In this document: positions 9,285 to 17,214 of the stretch, piece after piece | Numbering within the stretch: the stretch's first letter is position 1 | How the letters are laid out: each line of letters starts with the position of its first letter | Origin: a virus | IMG/VR virus record: IMGVR_UViG_3300005747_000263 | Location: 1 to 64,000 of that record | DNA: 64,000 bases | Reading direction: 5' to 3' (one strand) | Position numbers and translations under genes: made by a program | Notes under the pieces: model-generated | The model's input: only the letters and a program-made list of their open reading frames with translations | The model's database searches: none | What the model was told of the DNA's origin: nothing

Positions 9285-9645
9285 TCCAGTCACCAGATTC
9301 AATTAAATTATCTTCACTAACTCCGCCAAGATACAAGTAAATGTATGCAGGGCCAAGTTCGGTATCAATACTGATACGGTCATAGAAAGAGTTGTTATTA
9401 CTCCCCGGCGTATAACCTTCCAGTCCATTGATACTGCTTAATTCTTCATCATTAACCCAGTAAAGTTCCGCAACAATAGTATCACTATCTGATGCGCGCT
9501 TAATACCAGGGAAACTGAATAAAGAATACATTTTAAATCCAGGTACTTCAATAGTACTAACTGGGTCTTTACGCAAAAAGTAATTATGATTACCATTGCC
9601 TTGCCTCAATGTGCCATATACGGCAATAAGTGTTTCATTAGTCAT
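9247..9645 (-). CDS. gamma-glutamylcyclotransferase (AIG2/GGCT-like)
   Basis: VYGTLRQG.GNH, FPGI, LEGY...YDR, AYIY, IESGDW. Confidence 0.92.
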   Translation of the reverse strand: MTNETLIAVYGTLRQGNGNHNYFLRKDPVSTIEVPGFKMYSLFSFPGIKRASDSDTIVAELYWVNDEELSSINGLEGYTPGSNNNSFYDRISIDTELGPAYIYLYLGGVSEDNLIESGDWNDRNTIEAINYY

Positions 9646-9826
9646 TAACTTTTACTCCATGTACAACTTCAATGTTGATTTCTGTATTAGGGATAAGGAG
9701 AGTATTGTATAGTAAATTACGAGCAGTTTCTTCGTTAATTGATTTAACATATCCATTCTGCAATTGGTTATTAGAATCTTCGTATTCAAAGTAGAATAAC
9801 TTAAGTTTAGAATTCATCTTCATCAT
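9638..9826 (-). CDS. hypothetical protein
   Basis: Small coupled ORF. Confidence 0.5.
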   Translation of the reverse strand: MMKMNSKLKLFYFEYEDSNNQLQNGYVKSINEETARNLLYNTLLIPNTEINIEVVHGVKVND

Positions 9827-10019
9827 CTACCGTAATGGACATATTTAGTGTGATATCAAATCGGTTATGAGTAATTGCTTCATTCAAGTGGTCCTTAATT
9901 GCTTCTTTCATATCTTCGATTTTATCTCCATAATGAGTTATGGGACAATCGCTCGTTTTAGAACCAAGGCACTTGGCTTCATAATACCAATAATCAATTC
10001 CGACTGTATGTTGAACCAT
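9807..10019 (-). CDS. hypothetical protein
   Basis: Small ORF, AGGT RBS. Confidence 0.5.
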   Translation of the reverse strand: MVQHTVGIDYWYYEAKCLGSKTSDCPITHYGDKIEDMKEAIKDHLNEAITHNRFDITLNMSITVDDEDEF

Positions 10020-10027
10020 ATAATTAC

Positions 10028-10411
10028 CTATACATTTGTTTTCTTAAGAGTTTTATTATTGAATGGAATAGTGTGAACGTCGCCATCTCCCCAAGAAATC
10101 ATTACTGGTATAATTTCATTGGTCACTTGTTGTTGATACGGTACAACGGGGCCGTAAACATACCTATTATATTTCACGTTGCCGCCCATTAGTGAAATAC
10201 TTTGAATCCAACCGATGCTTTCGCCATACTTAACTTCGCCCAGTTTATTATGAGTGAATGCTTCAGTATTAAAGTGTAATGGTACATTACTGGAGATATT
10301 CTTTAATAGATTGACTTTATCGTCTTTATGGTATTCGTGTAAATCGGCGAAGTATGTTTCTTCTTGAATGCGATTACTAATCAGGCGTGTTAATTCACTT
10401 TTTGTATACAA
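10028..10411 (-). CDS. hypothetical protein
   Basis: 127 aa; GGAGG RBS before a TTG start. Confidence 0.55.
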   Translation of the reverse strand: MYTKSELTRLISNRIQEETYFADLHEYHKDDKVNLLKNISSNVPLHFNTEAFTHNKLGEVKYGESIGWIQSISLMGGNVKYNRYVYGPVVPYQQQVTNEIIPVMISWGDGDVHTIPFNNKTLKKTNV

Positions 10412-10436
10412 ATTATTTATCCTCCAACGTATTAAA

Positions 10437-10510
10437 CGGGCATACTGCGATTTGAACGCAGGTGAATCGCTTAGAAGGCGATACGGATATCCGAACTACC
10501 TCATATGCCC
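10437..10510 (-). tRNA. tRNA-Arg(UCU)
   Basis: Acceptor GGGCATA/TATGCCC; anticodon stem ATCGC/GCGAT with loop CT-TCT-AA; T-arm CTGCG-TTCAAAT-CGCAG; G18G19A20; no encoded CCA. Confidence 0.88.
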
Positions 10511-10536
10511 AAAAAGAGAGAAAAAGGTAGTATTGA

Positions 10537-10695
10537 TTATCCTTTATAATCTTTACCGCAGACGGTACAACTTACTTGACCAACGCCCACGTTCATAACG
10601 CGATTACCGGACCCATAAGTTTTATCTTGGAATTCGTTTTTGCAAGTGCAAGTTTGAACAATTGTTCCGCCTCCACTAATTTTCTTAGTTGCCAT
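10537..10695 (-). CDS. small zinc-ribbon protein
   Basis: CTC..EFQD.TYG.G.RV.N...SCTVCG; start at ATG 10695 after AAGGAAG. Confidence 0.6.
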   Translation of the reverse strand: MATKKISGGGTIVQTCTCKNEFQDKTYGSGNRVMNVGVGQVSCTVCGKDYKG

Positions 10696-10825
10696 GTTAT
10701 TCTTCCTTAATTGATTCTCGCAGCCCATTCATGGCTGCAATAGGAATGTCGAGGCCATACTTTTGTTCTAACTTCTCCATTCCCATTAGTAATTTAAATT
10801 CTTCTTCATTACTCATGTATATCAC

Positions 10826-11023
10826 TTAAAAGTTTTTATCGTAATACGTTTCAACGAGTACCATTACTTTATCGAGTTGAGGTTCACTCAAGAGTTTAAT
10901 TACATCGGGGAATAATTCCCGATGCATATCGTTCATACCGTGTACATTGTAGCCGAAATCTACTGATTCGGTAATGATTGAAATCTTTTCTTCTCTTGAT
11001 AAGTCGGGTGTTAGATTATCCAT
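10826..11023 (-). CDS. hypothetical protein
   Basis: AGGAG RBS; 65 aa. Confidence 0.55.
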   Translation of the reverse strand: MDNLTPDLSREEKISIITESVDFGYNVHGMNDMHRELFPDVIKLLSEPQLDKVMVLVETYYDKNF

Positions 11024-11290
11024 GCACCAACTCCTTTATATACTAAGATTCCAAGGAATGTTGCTACAATTACTTTTAACAGGAATACCATTGATTGACC
11101 GATAATTTCTTGTTTATTCATGGAAGATACCTGCTATTCTTAATAATTGATACGGATGCAATTATACCGATAGCACTAATTACTGCAACTCCAAACTGTT
11201 CCGTTACGATATTTAATACTAAAAGTGTGGTATTGGCAATTAAAGATACTACACCAAGAGTTAGTAGACCGAAAGTTATTCCTTTTTTAT

Positions 11291-11710
11291 TCATTTAACT
11301 AGTCTCCTCCAGAATGATTTCTTTTCACTAATTGGTGGTAGGTCTTCTTTACACTCGTCTAGTGTTGTATTGATACTATACTGTGTCCAGAATTCATCAA
11401 CGAATTTTAACATTATTAAGAAATTGCCGGTGGAAAGTTTTGCTCGCCGTTGGCCATCAAACGTTGAGAAATAAGGAGTACTATACCAAGTTTCGGGATA
11501 TAATCCTTGCATATAAAGGTGTTCATCCATGTAGTAATCATATCCCTTATCGAATAATATACCACACTTAGTGACAAGATAATCTTCACCAATGTCGGGC
11601 GTAAAACCTAAGACTTGTTCTACTTCTTTAGCAATTTCTTTGGCTTCGGTTAATTTACCTTCATTAATTTTATCGTGGACAAGTTTAATTGCTTCTTCGC
11701 AGGTTGTCAT
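11291..11710 (-). CDS. hypothetical protein
   Basis: 139 aa; ATGA coupling. Confidence 0.55.
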   Translation of the reverse strand: MTTCEEAIKLVHDKINEGKLTEAKEIAKEVEQVLGFTPDIGEDYLVTKCGILFDKGYDYYMDEHLYMQGLYPETWYSTPYFSTFDGQRRAKLSTGNFLIMLKFVDEFWTQYSINTTLDECKEDLPPISEKKSFWRRLVK

Positions 11711-12075
11711 TCGACATACTCCTTAATAATTCCCATACTCTTTGCTTGCTTTACTGCGTCGAGGAGGAACTTTGTACCTACTATTGGGATACAAATTGGA
11801 TTATAACCTGGGGTACAGAATTGTAATAAAGTTCCAGCCGTGCATTGTTTAACTAACGCTTCCCCATAATAAGTTCCGTCGTTATCCCAAGGTCCGGGTT
11901 CAACAACTGGAGTGAGAATTACTCTAACATCGTTTGGGCAATAATCGGCGCAAACTTCACTTACTAAGTCATTACCCATGTAGTCGTCATGTACAAGTAC
12001 TAATTGACCCCTCTTAGGTGAACCGCTCCGGTGTGTATACTTTTTACCGTTGATTTCGATAATATCTTCTGTCAT
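11707..12075 (-). CDS. hypothetical protein
   Basis: 122 aa; TAATG coupling, AGGAG RBS. Confidence 0.55.
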   Translation of the reverse strand: MTEDIIEINGKKYTHRSGSPKRGQLVLVHDDYMGNDLVSEVCADYCPNDVRVILTPVVEPGPWDNDGTYYGEALVKQCTAGTLLQFCTPGYNPICIPIVGTKFLLDAVKQAKSMGIIKEYVE

Positions 12076-12443
12076 TAAATTAACTCCTTGATTCTCTTAA
12101 ATAATTCACCCCAAGAACTCAAGTTCTTGTATTGTACGACGTTTGCGTCATCTTTTAATTCATCGCAATCATCAAAGAGTAAATCATATCGCACTTGTCG
12201 CTTAGAATACATATTCTGTGCTTCAGGACTACTCAATACACTAATATTGTGTAATCGGTGTGCCTTAAGATTGTAATGAATACTTCTTAGATTAGTAATG
12301 GGTCGAGCAGTTAAAATAAAACAACTTACTTCTGGTGTATCATTTAATACTCTTAGCGCTTGTAATGCCCCATGCGTCCATTTAAACTCTGTGACGGAGT
12401 TATCTCTACAAGTATCATCCCAATCTATTGCAACTCTAATCAT
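12075..12443 (-). CDS. HAD-superfamily phosphatase (nucleotidase-like, minimal)
   Basis: VAIDWDDT (motif I), ILTAR (II), K, LLFDD (IV). Confidence 0.75.
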   Translation of the reverse strand: MIRVAIDWDDTCRDNSVTEFKWTHGALQALRVLNDTPEVSCFILTARPITNLRSIHYNLKAHRLHNISVLSSPEAQNMYSKRQVRYDLLFDDCDELKDDANVVQYKNLSSWGELFKRIKELI

Positions 12444-12463
12444 ATTAAACTCTCAACTACTAG

Positions 12464-12545
12464 TGCCGGAAGTAGGATTCGAACCTACGAACCACTAAGG
12501 ACAGGTTCTTAAGACCCGCGTCGTTGGCCACTTGACTATTCCGGC
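12464..12545 (-). tRNA. tRNA-Leu(UAA)
   Basis: Acceptor GCCGGAA/TTCCGGC plus discriminator A; anticodon arm CGGGT-CT-TAA-GA-ACCTG; long variable arm; T-arm GTAGG-TTCGAAT-CCTAC. Confidence 0.93.
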
Positions 12546-12653
12546 GAGTGGGTTAATTATTCCTCGTAATGAATACACTCTAACTGACATTCATCAGTAA
12601 TAGTTCGCTTCCAGTACTCATAATAAGTGCGCTTGAAAAAACTCTTAATAAAG

Positions 12654-12887
12654 TTAATCATAGATAATTCCTGCAATGATTCCATTGCTAACAATTACTT
12701 TTCCGTAATTGCTGTCTGGAGTTGAAATGCAAATATATTGTCCATCGGGGATTCCAATCGGCGCAAGTTTACCAACTTTATAGTAATTACAATAGCAAAC
12801 AATATACCCATCAAAGTTCGTGTATGAATCATACCATTTAGTTTGCCAACTATATCCATCGTGCTCAATAGTGTCGTATAATCCCAT
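12654..12887 (-). CDS. hypothetical protein
   Basis: MGLYDT...WQTK N-terminus typical of small viral ORFs; coupled. Confidence 0.5.
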   Translation of the reverse strand: MGLYDTIEHDGYSWQTKWYDSYTNFDGYIVCYCNYYKVGKLAPIGIPDGQYICISTPDSNYGKVIVSNGIIAGIIYD

Positions 12888-13117
12888 TAGTCATCCCATC
12901 CGGGCATAATCATGTTAATCTCTGATGCAGCAATGCTAATAAGTTTAACTGCGCCGTCCTTACGTCGGTGCCTTACTTGCACCGGGCCATAATTCTTACC
13001 ATCCATGGCGCAATTTACTTCATACTCATGGAACTCGCTTGACATATTCTCAGTAATATTGAGCATAGTCAGTCGTCCAATAGTAGTATAATTGATTCGA
13101 ATATCGGCGTACAACAT
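12887..13117 (-). CDS. hypothetical protein
   Basis: Small coupled ORF. Confidence 0.5.
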   Translation of the reverse strand: MLYADIRINYTTIGRLTMLNITENMSSEFHEYEVNCAMDGKNYGPVQVRHRRKDGAVKLISIAASEINMIMPGWDD

Positions 13118-13118
13118 T

Positions 13119-13346
13119 TTACTTCACTTTCTTGTACGGATTAAAATAGCACCAAGTGTGAGTATTAAGTAAAGTTCTTAATGTTTCAATGCAGTCGTCC
13201 TTATCTTTATCGGTAGGACTAACTGCTCCACTAATTAACCAACTCTTGGTTAAGGATGAAATTAAGTGATAGGCGCGGCGTTGCCAAAAGCGAAACTTAT
13301 ACCCGCACCATAAACAATGAGTATGTTTGGGCAATTCAATTTGCAT
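13119..13346 (-). CDS. hypothetical protein (HC.WCG Zn motif)
   Basis: GAGGAAG RBS; HTHCLWCG. Confidence 0.55.
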   Translation of the reverse strand: MQIELPKHTHCLWCGYKFRFWQRRAYHLISSLTKSWLISGAVSPTDKDKDDCIETLRTLLNTHTWCYFNPYKKVK

Positions 13347-13433
13347 ATCTTAATCTTCCTCATCGCCTGTGATGAAAGGGATAATGTCAATGACTGGTAC
13401 TTTATTCATAATAAGTATACTCCTGATAATAAT

Positions 13434-13506
13434 TGGGGGCGTAGGGATTCCAACCCTAACTTAATTACAAGCGAAGTGCTATACCAAGCCGCGTTTGGTG
13501 GCCCCC
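13434..13506 (-). ncRNA. degenerate tRNA-like element (tRNA-Thr(UGU)-like)
   Basis: GGGGGC/GCCCCC plus A acceptor; T-arm TAGGG-TTGGAAT-CCCTA; GGTATAGCA D-loop remnant; CT-TGT-AA loop with an imperfect stem; variable loop almost absent. Confidence 0.55.
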
Positions 13507-13509
13507 GTA

Positions 13510-14015
13510 AGGAAATGAAAATAGAGTTTTCTCTCAACTATTGTTATAGCGCTGTTGAGAATATAGGATTACTCTATAAACCTAAGTCAAATAATATACG
13601 TTGCATCTTCCCGATGCTAACTATACTGCATTTTGTGTACCATGTTAATAGTTTAATACCCTTTAACAATATAACGCTTTGCTATCTTTGGTAAAAAGAT
13701 GCCACTCTTAATACTTTATACTCGGTAGCCCCCGAGTCTCAAACACACTTAAATAGTGTGTGGAGAGTGAATAATTGGCGCAAGCGGCTAACTTGACTTA
13801 GGCTGATAACAAAGCGCCTAACTTTGTGTCCGTATCTCAATTAAATAACCCTAGCCAGGACTTTTAAATTTAATCAGACCAATCATTTCATTATATACTC
13901 TTTTATGAGCAATTATCATCTCACTTAAAGAGTATAATACTTAACACGGTTTGACTCAATGTTAAGCAGAAAAGTGCCCCGACTCTAATCCAGTAATGGC
14001 GGTCGAGGACTTGGG
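13510..14015 (-). ncRNA. putative large structured (pseudoknotted) ncRNA
   Basis: Crossing long-range helices 13805-13818/13673-13686 and 13792-13804/13579-13591 with G-U pairs on the minus strand; at least 7 further local hairpins. Confidence 0.6.
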
Positions 14016-14048
14016 TTTTTATTCGTAATACTTCACAGTATTCTTCTT

Positions 14049-14504
14049 TTAACTGTCGCGGACAGATTGAAGGGCACCCATGTATTCTTGGAACGAATCC
14101 ATAGAATCAAAAGTGTCACCTCCGCTCATAAAGCCGAAAACTTCGCCCTTGACATCAATAGTCGCACCGGGCGTTCCATCGGCTTTAAGATACAATTCCG
14201 CCGGTAGGGGAATTCCATCTTCCGTTGTTTCTTGACGCAATCGACGAATACTTACTTCCGTGTATTCACCTTTCGTTGGGTGCATGACCTGAGTCTTTTG
14301 CACCAAACGAATGTGGTCGTTTCCGCGAATAAGGCGTTCGGAGAGAACATTACGTTCAATCTTTTGCCGTCCACGGGCTTTCTTTTCCAGATTAACCGCT
14401 TGGAATTTACTATTATGAATAAATCCCAGAACGGTTCCGCTGGAATCACGGACGATAACATTGTTATCATCAATGATTGCGCCTTCGGGTAGGTTAGAAA
14501 CCAT
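14049..14504 (-). CDS. hypothetical protein, possibly nucleic-acid binding
   Basis: 151 aa; GGAGG RBS; flanked by structured non-coding sequence. Confidence 0.7.
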   Translation of the reverse strand: MVSNLPEGAIIDDNNVIVRDSSGTVLGFIHNSKFQAVNLEKKARGRQKIERNVLSERLIRGNDHIRLVQKTQVMHPTKGEYTEVSIRRLRQETTEDGIPLPAELYLKADGTPGATIDVKGEVFGFMSGGDTFDSMDSFQEYMGALQSVRDS

Positions 14505-14508
14505 TTTA

Positions 14509-14633
14509 ATCCTCCATTATCCTTAATAAGAATACTCATGCCGTTAAATACCAAAACAACAACAAACCATGAACATCTACAAACAATACCTTTCCAGGTG
14601 ACATGAGTAAACTTATTAAGTAGGATAGAGGAC
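14509..14633 (-). promoter_or_regulatory. RBS-sequestering long 5' hairpin
   Basis: GTCCTC/GAGGAT, TATCC/GGATA, TTAATAAG/CTTATTAA and TACTCATGTC/GGCATGAGTA pair over the GGAGG RBS of the 14504 gene. Confidence 0.65.
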
Positions 14634-14639
14634 ATAAAG

Positions 14640-15350
14640 AGAACGATAAGTAGAAACTTACCGTTTAATCCCTTTATGCACGGATGAAGTCAGAGCAAAG
14701 ACTGTTATTCTTAAACCCCATACGCCGGGTTTATCCGCTTACCTAAAGGTCCTTTTAATTAGGTAAGAAACGTTTTCAATTTTTATTCACTTAAAGCGCT
14801 ACTCCTCGCTTGGTTATAATTAACAAGCAGAACTTTTAGTAAGCAAACGCCAATTTACTTTATTTCTTACCCTCATTAGTGTTATGTAAGGGGAATACAT
14901 CCCTGCGGCCAAACTAACGGTACTTATTTACCTTATCGCCGTTGCGTATTTTACGCCTCTAAAATTATCTTCTTACTATACTGAAACATAAAATCCATAA
15001 AATGGTTAAGATTTCGTAATCACTTTTATATTCCCGACAAGAGAGAATGTCACTTATCACGGAGGCGAATGTATCATTTTTATAGTCCACTACTTAAATG
15101 TAATGGACATATGTGGCTGTCGATGCACACAATAAAACAAATACCGTACCTTAAGGTATAGTCCAGCAAGGCTGTCCAGATACTTGAATTACATATCGCG
15201 TGGCTTACACGCCTTAACCGAAATACACGGGAAGGGCGACACCTATCCCAAAAATGAACCCCGAGGGATGCATAAATGAAATAGTTATCGCGCCGCCCAT
15301 CCCGCATATCGCAGATAAGACGCCACAAGACACCCTATTGGCCGGGATGC
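14640..15350 (-). ncRNA. putative large multibranch structured RNA
   Basis: Nested long-range helices GGCGATAAG/CTTATCGTT, TACCGTT/AACGGTA and GCAGGGATG/CATCCGTGC enclose hairpins CTTACCTAA/TTAGGTAAG, TAAACCC/GGGTTTA and GCTTG/CAAGC; more stems at 15085-15350. Confidence 0.55.
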
Positions 15351-15352
15351 CG

Positions 15353-15413
15353 AAAGGTATATGAACCCCTACGTTAGGGTTATATAGGGGGCCGGGAACC
15401 TACATAAGGGTTG
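15353..15413 (-). promoter_or_regulatory. cluster of TATA-like elements
   Basis: AACCCTTATGTAG, CCCTATATAACC and GGTTCATATACC on the minus strand just upstream of the structured region. Confidence 0.4.
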
Positions 15414-15772
15414 CGCCACTAAATACCTTAACTCGGCCGCCATACATACAAGTAATACGCACTCAGTATCTATACAGTATAATCATAACACCATAATGAT
15501 ACCCTTAAACGCAACTCATGCTCACTTAAAGAGTAATTACTTCTACTCGGTACGAGTAAAGTAAGTATAATAAATCGAGGATGTAAAGTAAATACAATAA
15601 ATTTTAGATTGTAAAGTAAATAACTTAAATGAATACTAATAAAAAAAGACACTCCCCGTATAATTATTCATGTTAGGTAAAGTGGGTAGAGGAGTAATTA
15701 CCTTAGACTTTAGTCACAGGGAGTAATTACTATTGTTGGGATGAGGGTTTTTGGGTTAAACACCGAAAACCT

Positions 15773-15880
15773 CAGAATCGCTTTCTAAGGCACTTTCTTT
15801 ACCCAAAAGGTAAGGATATACCACTATGTGCGGTAAAGTGTCTAAAAAGGCCGTTTCTGGGCTTCTGAGAGCATTTTAGA
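15773..15880. repeat. dispersed ~100-bp element, copy 1 (gyrase-site-like)
   Basis: CAGAATCGCTTTCTAAG, with GGGCTTCTGAG starting 80 nt after the CGC. Confidence 0.55.
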
Positions 15881-15918
15881 GTAAGGGGGATAAGGTAAGA
15901 TTGCACTAATGCGCTGTT

Positions 15919-16929
15919 TTAGTCCTTTTTGGCCGCGATTTGAACGTATTTTTGGACCGGAGCCTTCTTGGAAAGAAGTTTAGTCAAGTCTGTCTTAGGC
16001 AGACTAACACTTTCTCCTTCGGGAAGGTTTCCAATTGTTGGAATACGTCCATCAGCAGTCTTGAACACTTTACTGTTCTTCCGAGGACCATAAACATCAT
16101 AACTCATGCGGTTGAAAAGAGACTTAACCTCTTTCTTGGCAAGATGACTAACAGCCTTACTGTTGTAATCATCTTCTTCAATGTGCTTAATCATATTATC
16201 AATGACCAAGCCATTAAAGACAGGTAGATTCGTTTGGACCCCGTTAATAACAGCATTACAGTACCGGAGTTTATTGGCATAATTCAAGAAGTCTGCCTTA
16301 TCCATGTCTTTCAAGTTGGCAGGGAAATAACCATCTTTAATGGCTTTCTCCATTGTAAGTCCCAAAACATGATGGGCCACCAAGTCAAGAATCTTAGACA
16401 CGAAGTAAGGCGAATAGTGACTTACACCGAGTCCGGCACCGTAAAGTTCTTTGTTCCCTGGAGCGTCTGTAAGAGAAGAAGCCCAGGTCACGCCGTGAAT
16501 CGTATTAAAACGAACGTTGGCGTGTAAATCGCGCTTAGCGACACGGACATTGGACTTAACAGACTTATAGCCGGTTTCATCCTTAAACTTAGACAAGAAG
16601 CGCTTCTTAGCGACATAATCGCTAACAGTCTCGATGACCATGTTTTTCTTATCCATGACACCCGCCTTGATTTCTTCAATAACTTTCAGGTTTTGAGCCA
16701 TCAAGTAAGAAGCACAAAGGACCACAGCGTTTTCATACAACCTTTTCAGCGAGGCCGCACTTTGTTGCAGTTTTCCGGCGCTGGTGATTTTAATCTTAGG
16801 TTTGGATTGCTCCACCCAAAGATTAACATCTTTTTCGTGCGCCTTGTTCAGTTCAGCAAAAATGCGAGCATCGCGTGTGTTTTTGACATTAACCTTGTCG
16901 GTAATGTTCTTAAGTTTGTCGTTTTGCAT
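15919..16929 (-). CDS. hypothetical Lys-rich protein (probable early gene)
   Basis: 336 aa; AGGAG RBS; own TATA box and 5' hairpin ATAAGCAC/GTGCTTAT. Confidence 0.75.
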   Translation of the reverse strand: MQNDKLKNITDKVNVKNTRDARIFAELNKAHEKDVNLWVEQSKPKIKITSAGKLQQSAASLKRLYENAVVLCASYLMAQNLKVIEEIKAGVMDKKNMVIETVSDYVAKKRFLSKFKDETGYKSVKSNVRVAKRDLHANVRFNTIHGVTWASSLTDAPGNKELYGAGLGVSHYSPYFVSKILDLVAHHVLGLTMEKAIKDGYFPANLKDMDKADFLNYANKLRYCNAVINGVQTNLPVFNGLVIDNMIKHIEEDDYNSKAVSHLAKKEVKSLFNRMSYDVYGPRKNSKVFKTADGRIPTIGNLPEGESVSLPKTDLTKLLSKKAPVQKYVQIAAKKD

Positions 16930-17045
16930 AATCTAATCTCCTTATTTTTGGTAGAGATTTGAATTAAACTATACGGGGAGCGTATCAATCATAAGCACCT
17001 ATTCGCGCCCAAAATGCGTTATTGTGCTTATGGTGGGGGAGGGTA

Positions 17046-17062
17046 AGGTATAAAGGTTAAGG
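17046..17062 (-). promoter_or_regulatory. archaeal-type TATA promoter
   Basis: CCTTAACCTTTATACCT ~120 nt upstream of ATG 16929. Confidence 0.55.
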
Positions 17063-17214
17063 TTGGGCCATCGCGTAAAGCGGAATACCTGCGGCGCGTC
17101 CTGCGCTTATTCGTCTTAATATGGAGTATACCTTGCAACTAGATAAGGCTGTCGATGTCTAATCCGCTTACCCAGAATCGCCGCCGATAACCCGAATAAC
17201 CCAATTTCGCGGCC

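Noticed and set aside
10437-10510. Amber-suppressor tRNA (CTA appears in the loop)
   Set aside because: The 5-bp stem centres TCT in the 7-nt loop and A20 fits Arg; TAG is used as a normal stop in several genes
13434-13506. tmRNA
   Set aside because: The acceptor stem closes locally within 73 nt; no G3-U70 pair, CCA end or tag ORF
13850-13870. RNase P RNA (AAAGTCC on the minus strand)
   Set aside because: The full GAGGAAAGUCC and the matching 3' P4 strand were not found
15078-15165. Group I intron S-like motif AAGGTATAGTCC (and a second TATAGTCC)
   Set aside because: On the strand opposite the apparent transcription; no convincing R element/P7 partner and no interrupted gene
13317-15652. 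ORF-track entries 13317-13694(+), 14252-14635(-), 15080-15328(-) and 15470-15652(-)
   Set aside because: No clear RBS, atypical composition, and overlap with structured RNA or a better-supported gene
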